Assembly: GCA_021785515.1 (NCBI GenBank) | Contig: JAJYEX010000001.1 | Location: 514,196-578,195, forward strand | Origin: Pseudomonadota bacterium | Lineage (GTDB): Bacteria > Pseudomonadota > Gammaproteobacteria > Acidiferrobacterales > UBA6901 | DNA: 64,000 bases | Reading direction: 5' to 3' | Shown: positions 56,244 to 64,000 of the stretch, one piece after another | Layout: the number at the start of each line of letters is the position of its first letter | Numbering within the stretch: position 1 is the first letter of the stretch | The notes under the pieces: model-generated | What the model was told of the DNA's origin: nothing | Seen by the model: only the letters and a program-made list of their open reading frames with translations | Databases searched by the model: none | Made by a program: the position numbers and the translations under genes

Positions 56244-58385
56244 ATGAGCGTGGCTGAACCCGCCGTTCTAGCGGCCCAGCAATCTCCCCCCCTGAGCAAC
56301 CGGGAACTGAGTTTGCTGGCATTCAACGGCCGGGTACTTGAGCAAGCCCGGGATGTGAACACCCCCCTCCTTGAGCGCCTGCGGTTTCTCTGCATTTCCA
56401 GCACCAATCTCGATGAATTCTTCGAGATTCGCAAGGCACGCCTACAGGAGCAAGTGGCCTCCGGGTCGATGGGCACCGGACCTGACAACCGCAACCCCCA
56501 CGAACTGCTGCAGCAGATCAGCGCTGAAACCCACAAACTGGTCAATGAACAGTACCGGGTGCTCAACGATGAGCTTTTCCCGGCGTTGGAGCGCGAGAAT
56601 ATCCGCTTCCTGCGGCGCACTGAGTGGGATCCGGCGGCCACGGAGTGGGTAAAAAACTATTTCGAGAACGAGCTGCTGCCCATGCTCACCCCCATGGGTC
56701 TCGATCCGGCACATCCTTTTCCGCGCATCCTGAACAAGAGCCTGAATTTTCTGGTCACCTTGGAAGGGAACGACGCCTTCGGAAGACGCAGCGGCATCGC
56801 CATCGTGCAGGCGCCCCGGGCCTTGCCGCGCGTGATCCGGCTGCCCAAGGAATGCGGTGGCGGACCCCACGCATTCGTCTTCCTCACCTCCATCATCCAT
56901 GCCCATGTAGACGACCTGTTTCCGGGAATGCGGGTCACCGGATGCTACCAGTTCCGCGTTACCCGGAATTCCGAGCTGTTCGTGGATGAAGAAGAAGTTC
57001 AGGACCTCCTGCGCGCACTGGAAGGCGAGCTGGCAGCACGCCGCTACGGAGACTCCGTGCGTCTGGAAATCGCTGACAACTGCCCTATGGAAACAGCCGC
57101 CTACCTGCTCCGCCAGTTCGAGCTGGAGCCACAGGACCTTTACCAGGTCAACGGACCAGTGAATCTCAACCGCCTGATGGCAGTTGCCGACGTGGTAGAC
57201 CGGCCTGACCTGAAGTACCCGCCCTTCACCCCGGGCCTGCCCAGACGGCTGGCACGTGCCAGCCGTCTGTTTGACGCCATCCGCCAAGAAGACATTTTGC
57301 TGCATCACCCCTTTGATTCATTCGCGCCGGTGGTGGATTTCGTCCGCCAGGCGGCAGCCGACCCCCGGGTGCTCGCTATCAAGCAGACTCTCTACCGTAC
57401 CGGGCCACAGTCGGCGCTGGTAGACGCATTGGTCACTGCGGCCCGTGCCGGCAAGGAAGTCACCGTGGTCATAGAGTTGCGAGCGCGCTTTGATGAAGAG
57501 GCGAATATTGGGCTTGCCACGGTTCTCCAGGAGGCCGGGGCGCATGTGGTCTACGGCGTGGTCGGCTACAAGACCCACGCCAAGATGATACTGGTTGTGC
57601 GCCGCGAACGTGGCCATCTGCGCCACTACGTGCACCTGGGCACGGGCAATTACCATGACCGTACGGCACGCGCCTACACCGATTTCGGTGTATTTACCTG
57701 TTCCGATGCCATCGGCGAAGACGTAAACAAGCTGTTCCGGCAACTGACCAGCCTCGGGCGGGTACCAAAACTGTCCAAACTTCTGCAGTCTCCGTTCACC
57801 CTGCACACAGAACTGCTGCGCCGGATCAAACATGAGGCCGAGTGCGCGCTTCAGGGGCGGCCGGCACGCATCGTCGCCAAGCTCAATGCGCTGACCGAAC
57901 CCCAGATCATCCAGGCCCTTTATGACGCCTCTGCGGCCGGCGTGCGTATCGACCTGATCGTGCGCGGCATCTGCTGCTTGCGCCCGGGCTTGGCCGGAAT
58001 CTCCGAGAACATAAGGGTCCGGTCGGTCGTAGGCCGGTTTCTCGAGCATACCCGCGTGTACTGGTTTCTGAATGGCGGACGCGGCCCCGCAGGCGACAGG
58101 AGCATCCAGGATCCGGAAATCGTGCCCGGGAGCGGAGAGGTCTTCTGCGCCAGCGCCGACTGGATGGACCGCAATTTTTTCAGGCGGGTCGAAATCGCCT
58201 TCCCGATCGAGAACCGCAAGCTGCACGAACGAGTCGTACGGGAAGCGCTCAACTATTACCTGCGCGATAACACCCATGCATGGACCCTCGACGCCGACGG
58301 TCACTATCACCGTCTGACTCCCGAAGGCACTGAGCCCTGGTCAGCCCAGGCCAAACTCGTTCAGGAGCTGTCCGAGTCAACCTAG
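56244..58385 (+). CDS. ppk: Polyphosphate kinase 1
   Basis: NRELSLLAFNGRVLEQA, two PLD-like HKD regions (KTHAKM), and SADWMDRNFFRRVE. The ATG at 56244 is preferred over the TTG at 56220. Confidence 0.95.
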   Translation: MSVAEPAVLAAQQSPPLSNRELSLLAFNGRVLEQARDVNTPLLERLRFLCISSTNLDEFFEIRKARLQEQVASGSMGTGPDNRNPHELLQQISAETHKLVNEQYRVLNDELFPALERENIRFLRRTEWDPAATEWVKNYFENELLPMLTPMGLDPAHPFPRILNKSLNFLVTLEGNDAFGRRSGIAIVQAPRALPRVIRLPKECGGGPHAFVFLTSIIHAHVDDLFPGMRVTGCYQFRVTRNSELFVDEEEVQDLLRALEGELAARRYGDSVRLEIADNCPMETAAYLLRQFELEPQDLYQVNGPVNLNRLMAVADVVDRPDLKYPPFTPGLPRRLARASRLFDAIRQEDILLHHPFDSFAPVVDFVRQAAADPRVLAIKQTLYRTGPQSALVDALVTAARAGKEVTVVIELRARFDEEANIGLATVLQEAGAHVVYGVVGYKTHAKMILVVRRERGHLRHYVHLGTGNYHDRTARAYTDFGVFTCSDAIGEDVNKLFRQLTSLGRVPKLSKLLQSPFTLHTELLRRIKHEAECALQGRPARIVAKLNALTEPQIIQALYDASAAGVRIDLIVRGICCLRPGLAGISENIRVRSVVGRFLEHTRVYWFLNGGRGPAGDRSIQDPEIVPGSGEVFCASADWMDRNFFRRVEIAFPIENRKLHERVVREALNYYLRDNTHAWTLDADGHYHRLTPEGTEPWSAQAKLVQELSEST

Positions 58386-58435
58386 ACCTGGAAAGAGCAT
58401 ATCGACTTCGGTGCGCCCTATAGGCCAGCACCGGC

Positions 58436-59971
58436 CTAGCTGAACTCGAGGGTGATCCTGGCCGCCCTGAGCCAGGCCGCTTCCTGCACCAGATCCGCCT
58501 GGGTCAGCGGATGTCTTCCCAGCCACCCGCGCGCAAACCTAATTTTCAAGGATCGCCTGCCCGCCTGCAGACGCAGGCCGCGCGGGGTACTCCCGGAGCG
58601 GGACCGGTGCAACAGCACGGCAAGCCGCAACAGGATGCAAAGACGTCTGGCAGCCGAGCGCTGGGGCTCCGGTAAAGCGTCAAACACCTCTGCCGGAAAC
58701 TTACGGCGGTGTCCGCGGATGATGGCCGCAAGCTGTCTCTGCGTCTGCCACGAAAACCCGGGCAAATCGGATTTTTCCGCCAGGTAGGCGCCGTGCTTGT
58801 GGTACTGGTTGTGCGCAACAGCCAGCCCAATCTCGTGCAGACGCGCCGCCCAGTTCAGCAGGCGCTCATCATCTTCGGTCAGTCCCCATTTACGCGCCAC
58901 ATACTCGAATCCGTGTCTGGCGGTGCGCATCACCCGCTGGGCCTGGGCGAGATCCGCGTGAAAACGACGGGCGAGCACCGCGACCGTGTGCTCGCGCACA
59001 TCCTCGCGTCGCAAACGGCCCGCCAAATCGTAGAGCAACCCTTCCCGCAACGCGCCGTCGGCAACCAGCATGCGTTTGATGCCAAGCGACTCGTGCGCCG
59101 CCAGCAGTATGGCCACCCCCCCGGGGAATACCGCCGCCCGGTCAGCAGCCAGTCCGGGAAGCTTGAGCCGATCCAGATGTCGCGCTGACACCAGCGCCGC
59201 CCGCAGCCGGCGCAGCGCAGTGGGCGTGATCGTACCGTCAGTCCAGCCCTGTGCCCGCAATACCGACCGTACCGCACGTATCGTGCCCGACGTACCGATC
59301 ACCGTCTCCCAGCCATGGCGAAACTGTGCCTGCACCGGCCGCAGCTCGAGTCGCGCGGCCGTTTCAGCACGGCTCATGGCCTTGTCGCTGAGGACACCGT
59401 CGCCGAAGTACCCTTCGCTCAGGCTGACACAACCCATGTACAGGCTTTCCATGGTGATGGCATCCAGCCCCTGACCGAGAATGATCTCCGTGCTTCCACC
59501 GCCGATATCGATGACAAGCCGTGGTCGTCCGTCATCCGGCCAGCTGCGGGCCATGCCCTGATAAATCAGCCTGGCCTCCTCCCGTCCTGCGATGATATCT
59601 ATGGGATGACCGAGGACGCGCTCTGCGGCATTCAGGAATTCGGCGGCATTGTGCATACGCCGCAGCGTATTCGTTCCCACCGCACGGACACTTCCACGCG
59701 GGAAGCCGCGCAGACGCTGTCCGAAGCGGGCGAGACAGGCGAGCGCCCGGGCACGGGCCGCCGGCAACAGATGGTCGCGCTCATCGAGACCGCCTCCCAG
59801 CCGGACCATCTCCTGCAGTCGGTCAATCACATGCAGTCGCCCGTCCTGCATCTGGGCCACAATCAGATGAAAGCTGTTGGAACCAAGATCAAGTGCCGCC
59901 ACGGCACGGGACGCCCCCCCCAGTCTGCGGAGCGTGCGGCCACCCTGGGCAGCGGCAACCCGCGGCGTCAT
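58436..59971 (-). CDS. ppx: Exopolyphosphatase (Ppx/GppA family)
   Basis: 511 aa with AALDLGSNSFHLIV and DIGGGSTE actin-fold motifs plus a C-terminal HD-like domain. Confidence 0.9.
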   Translation of the reverse strand: MTPRVAAAQGGRTLRRLGGASRAVAALDLGSNSFHLIVAQMQDGRLHVIDRLQEMVRLGGGLDERDHLLPAARARALACLARFGQRLRGFPRGSVRAVGTNTLRRMHNAAEFLNAAERVLGHPIDIIAGREEARLIYQGMARSWPDDGRPRLVIDIGGGSTEIILGQGLDAITMESLYMGCVSLSEGYFGDGVLSDKAMSRAETAARLELRPVQAQFRHGWETVIGTSGTIRAVRSVLRAQGWTDGTITPTALRRLRAALVSARHLDRLKLPGLAADRAAVFPGGVAILLAAHESLGIKRMLVADGALREGLLYDLAGRLRREDVREHTVAVLARRFHADLAQAQRVMRTARHGFEYVARKWGLTEDDERLLNWAARLHEIGLAVAHNQYHKHGAYLAEKSDLPGFSWQTQRQLAAIIRGHRRKFPAEVFDALPEPQRSAARRLCILLRLAVLLHRSRSGSTPRGLRLQAGRRSLKIRFARGWLGRHPLTQADLVQEAAWLRAARITLEFS

Positions 59972-60945
59972 CTGGTCCTCCCCGAATGTCCGCGTCCAGT
60001 GTCACGCGTCATGCCATAGAGGCTGAGCTGCCGGGCCAGATCCCGCGGCGCGCGCAACACCTGTCGCGCGCGCGCGCCCACATAGCGTCGGCCAATGACC
60101 CCGCGCAGGAAGCAAGCTTCCTGCCAGTTCCGTTCCGCGATCGCCCCCAAGCCGGCGCGCAACCTATCGCGCAACCCTTGGGGCACAGCGTCCTTCAGCA
60201 TCGGCGACAGCCGCTGCGCCATCACGTGGCGGTCATGCAGATCCCCCAGGCAATCCTGCAACTCCCTCAGCGGGGCGAGCACATCGTTCGCCACCTGTCC
60301 CTGCACCAGCGGTTCGACCAGATAGCGCAGCTTTTTAACCGCGATACGCGCTGCGTGCACCTCGGCTTCATCGGCGCGGGGGCCCATTCGCCGCAGACTC
60401 CCGGAGAGCACGGTGGCATATTCGCGCACGCGCCGCGCCGCCTCACTGGCGAACCGGATTTCCATCCCCGCCGCGTCAGGATCCGATGCCGCCGGCCCCG
60501 ATTCCTCGAGCGCATGGCGCAATTTGTGGGCCAGTCGATCGAATTCGGGTAGCGCCTCGTGGCGGACCGTACGGTAGGCCGCCTTGCGTTCAGATGCCAG
60601 CGACTTCCGCAACCAGCGTCTCCCAGGCCGCTCGGCTGGCGGGACACCCCGCTTGCCAGAATCTATCCATTCAATCTGGACCTCGGCGTCGCGGGCAGCA
60701 TTGGTGACATGCGCCACGGCCCGCAGACGCTTTCCGAACCGCTCATAGATCTCCCCCGACAGCAGCGGCGCATAGGCACGCAAGATGACGCGCAGCCGTC
60801 GCAGGGCCACCCGCAGATCATGCATTGCTCGTGGATCAGATTCGTGTTCCAACCGCAGACGGGCATTGGTAGCCGCCTTCAGGTTCCGACGTGCCAGCCG
60901 ACGCACCGCCCGGGCGGCAGGAAGATCCAGGATGGCCGATCCCAC
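59968..60945 (-). CDS. CHAD domain protein
   Basis: 325-aa helical protein with repeated CHAD-type motifs (MHDLRVALRRLR, HAARIAVKKLRY). It has a GTG start and overlaps the ppx start by 4 nt. Confidence 0.8.
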   Translation of the reverse strand: MGSAILDLPAARAVRRLARRNLKAATNARLRLEHESDPRAMHDLRVALRRLRVILRAYAPLLSGEIYERFGKRLRAVAHVTNAARDAEVQIEWIDSGKRGVPPAERPGRRWLRKSLASERKAAYRTVRHEALPEFDRLAHKLRHALEESGPAASDPDAAGMEIRFASEAARRVREYATVLSGSLRRMGPRADEAEVHAARIAVKKLRYLVEPLVQGQVANDVLAPLRELQDCLGDLHDRHVMAQRLSPMLKDAVPQGLRDRLRAGLGAIAERNWQEACFLRGVIGRRYVGARARQVLRAPRDLARQLSLYGMTRDTGRGHSGRTR

Positions 60946-60948
60946 TTT

Positions 60949-61443
60949 TCAGCGCCCCAGCCGCCGTAACATGGCTGGCACAAAAAACCATGTCAGCAAA
61001 CCCGACCCGGCAACGGGCTTCGCGGAAAACTCGATGAGACAGGCGCCGCCCTTCTTGAGCGGAATAAATGATTCGCGGCACCGCGCAAGCAGCCAGCTGG
61101 CCAAGCCGCCCAGGTCTGGCTCATGCCCCACCGCCACCAGCACCGCATCTGCTGGCAACCGCCCCAACCAGGTCAAAAAGGCAGACCGGCGGCTCCCCGG
61201 AGCCAGGGCGGCCAGGTTCTGGACATCCGCAAAGGAATAGGTCTCGGCGATGATTCGCGCTGTCTGCTGCGTCCGCACGGTGGGACTGGCTGCGATATGT
61301 GTGATGTGCGGAACCAGGATTTTCAGACCCCTGGCCGCCGCCCGCATGCGCCGGGCGCCTTGCGCAGTGAGCCGTCGGTCCCAGTCGCGTTCAGCGGACC
61401 CGCGGTCTTCCGCAGCAGCATGGCGAATCAGAACAAGCTTCAT
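60949..61443 (-). CDS. SixA-type histidine phosphatase family protein
   Basis: Start at the ATG at 61443 (MKLVLIRHAAAEDRG), with the RH catalytic motif and VGHEPDLG. The track ORF extends to 61548. Confidence 0.75.
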   Translation of the reverse strand: MKLVLIRHAAAEDRGSAERDWDRRLTAQGARRMRAAARGLKILVPHITHIAASPTVRTQQTARIIAETYSFADVQNLAALAPGSRRSAFLTWLGRLPADAVLVAVGHEPDLGGLASWLLARCRESFIPLKKGGACLIEFSAKPVAGSGLLTWFFVPAMLRRLGR

Positions 61444-61498
61444 CGCGGCCAGTATACCCAGAATCAAATCGGCTCCGGTGACTGCTGCGGTCGAAGAA

Positions 61499-62607
<1,109 letters not shown>

Positions 62608-62636
62608 AGTGACTACTGGCACGTCTGTCGCCTTAA

Positions 62637-63560
62637 CTATTTCTTGGCCTTGGCAGCTTTCTTCGCTACCTTCTTGGCCGCTTTCTTCGGCGCCGCTTTC
62701 TTCGCTACCTTCTTGGCCGCTTTCTTCGGCGCCGCTTTCTTCGCTACCTTCTTGGCCGCTTTCTTCGGCGCCGCTTTCTTCGCTACCTTCTTGGCCGCTT
62801 TCTTCAGTGCCTTCTTGGCGGCCGCCGGAGCAGCGCCTCTGGCCGATGCCGCCCTGGCTTGACCGGCCGAGGCCGCGGCACTCACCGCGACACCCGCAGC
62901 GGCCAAGGGCCGCATCTGGGCCTCGATAATGTCGCTGATCGATTTGAAAATATCACTGATGCTGCCGACACCGCGGGCGGTGCGCAACTTGCCCTGTGCC
63001 TTGTAATACGACACCAGCGGAGCAGTCTGCTCCTCGTACACCTTGAGCCGGTTACGGACGGTCGTTTCATTGTCGTCCGAACGGTGCTGCAGGCTCCCCC
63101 CGCATTTGTCACACTTTCCGGGAACCTTTGTGGGTGTGTAGTAAACGTTATAGATCGCACCACAACTGCCGCAGGTGCGCCGCCCCGTAAGGCGTTTCAT
63201 CAATACTTCGATATCCACGTCCACCAGCAGCGCAAGTTGAAGCGGCTGTCCGACACGGGCCAGCATTGCATCGAGTGTTTGCGCCTGGGGAATGTTCCTC
63301 GGGAATCCGTCCAAGATGAACCCACCCTTGGAATCGGGCGTAGCCAAACGCTCCTGGATCATCCCCAAAACAACGTCATCCGCCACCAATTGCCCCGAAT
63401 CCATCGCCGCCTTGGCCTTTTTCCCAAGTTCGGTGCCCGCTGCAACCGCTGCCCTCAAAAGGTCACCGGTGGAGATCTGGGGAATTTTATATTTTTCGAT
63501 CAGTAACTTAGCTTGAGTTCCTTTCCCGGAACCCGGCGCTCCCAGTAGTACAATTCGCAT
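62637..63560 (-). CDS. adk: Adenylate kinase fused to a C-terminal Ala-rich linker and a (P)AKKA lysine-rich histone-H1-like tail
   Basis: Core residues 1-~215 carry GAPGSGKGTQA and a Cys4 lid (CGSCG...CDKCG). Residues 248-307 are AKKALKKAAKKVAKKAAPKKAAKKVAKK...AKAKK in the same frame, with no intervening stop. Confidence 0.9.
   Translation of the reverse strand: MRIVLLGAPGSGKGTQAKLLIEKYKIPQISTGDLLRAAVAAGTELGKKAKAAMDSGQLVADDVVLGMIQERLATPDSKGGFILDGFPRNIPQAQTLDAMLARVGQPLQLALLVDVDIEVLMKRLTGRRTCGSCGAIYNVYYTPTKVPGKCDKCGGSLQHRSDDNETTVRNRLKVYEEQTAPLVSYYKAQGKLRTARGVGSISDIFKSISDIIEAQMRPLAAAGVAVSAAASAGQARAASARGAAPAAAKKALKKAAKKVAKKAAPKKAAKKVAKKAAPKKAAKKVAKKAAPKKAAKKVAKKAAKAKK
62661..62805. repeat. Perfect 39-bp tandem repeat, 3 full copies plus 28 bp of a fourth, inside the adk tail
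   Basis: The unit CTTCGCTACCTTCTTGGCCGCTTTCTTCGGCGCCGCTTT occurs at 62661, 62700 and 62739 with identical sequence. The fourth copy, from 62778, diverges at 62806. Each unit encodes KKAAKKVAKKAAP on the minus strand. Confidence 0.9.
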
Positions 63561-63822
63561 GGCATTCTTCTCGCTTTAGGTTCTTGAATGCGAACCCACC
63601 TTTTTATGATACTCCCCAATCGGGGCCCAGTGCCCCGGTAAGCTACCTTTTGGCCATGCTGTCGTCAATGCTTTTGGTGCCATAAATAGGGCCTATCCAT
63701 ACATATAATCTTTGCAGTGATCCACTTTGGGGATTTCAGTTAATCTACCTCCCCGCACTGCCCGGCTGGACCGTTCGCCAGCGTCACGGCCCGGCCGACA
63801 TGGGGAACAAGTTCAGACAACC

Positions 63823-64000
63823 ATGAACCAGATACCGGATTTCAGCGAAACCGAGATATGGGTCATTCGCTCAACCGTAAATCAGCGCTACGGAAAGGCT
63901 GTTGAGCTTCAGCTGGCAGACGCCGAGCTGAAGCTGGATCCCGCGGCTTCGGTCCTCGCAACCTGTCCGGCTGTGTTCTGGAGCGAGCGGGGCGCCAGTT
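63823..64000 (+). CDS. Hypothetical protein, 5' fragment running off the right edge
   Basis: An open frame from the ATG at 63823 (MNQIPDFSETEIWVIRSTVNQRYGKAVELQLADAELKLDP...) with no stop before the window end. I recognise no family. Confidence 0.3.
   Translation, partial: MNQIPDFSETEIWVIRSTVNQRYGKAVELQLADAELKLDPAASVLATCPAVFWSERGAS

Noticed and set aside
62661-62805. The tandem 39-bp repeats as a possible CRISPR array or minisatellite outside genes.
   Set aside because: The copies are directly abutting with no spacers, they lie inside a coding frame, and no cas genes or leader are present.

Overview
GC-rich proteobacterial (gamma/beta-like) chromosomal segment, densely coded and mostly housekeeping. 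I found no rRNA, tRNA, CRISPR array, transposase or integrase. Left to right:
- End of an RND efflux operon (OMF-MFP-RND).
- An aa3-type cytochrome c oxidase locus with assembly genes: DUF2244, coxB, coxA, an untracked 39-aa ORF, coxC, DUF2909, SURF1, an SCO-like gene, ctaA and ctaB. No cox11 is present.
- bioF-H-C-D, then a quinone oxidoreductase/LysR divergent pair.
- An NRAMP transporter behind a near-consensus promoter and a perfect palindrome.
- A complete MSHA-type type IV pilus locus in two minus-strand operons: mshE-G-F-B-A-C-D-O-P-like, then mshI-I2-J-K-L-M-N.
- trmL, then arsR-rhodanese-grxC-secB-gpsA divergent from gpmI-envC-ctp-yibQ, then DUF971-ubiE-ubiJ-ubiB.
- A ~15 kb phosphate block: phoBR, a low-GC orphan gap, an ATP-grasp gene plus a catalytically dead ArsC/LMW-PTP homologue, pstSCAB-phoU, DUF3562, ppk1, and ppx-CHAD-sixA-like.
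- hemB and adk.
The items most worth a second look:
1. An adenylate kinase fused in frame to a histone-H1-like (P)AKKA lysine tail encoded by perfect 39-bp tandem repeats, close to the polyphosphate genes.
2. The ATP-grasp / pseudo-phosphatase pair wedged between phoBR and the Pho-box promoter of pstS.
3. A PilX_N minor-pilin-like protein carrying a Cys-paired repeat (probable beta-propeller) domain at the end of the pilin operon.
No classic defence or mobile system is visible, and functional ideas are labelled as inference. Many long ORFs in the track are antisense artefacts of GC-rich genes.
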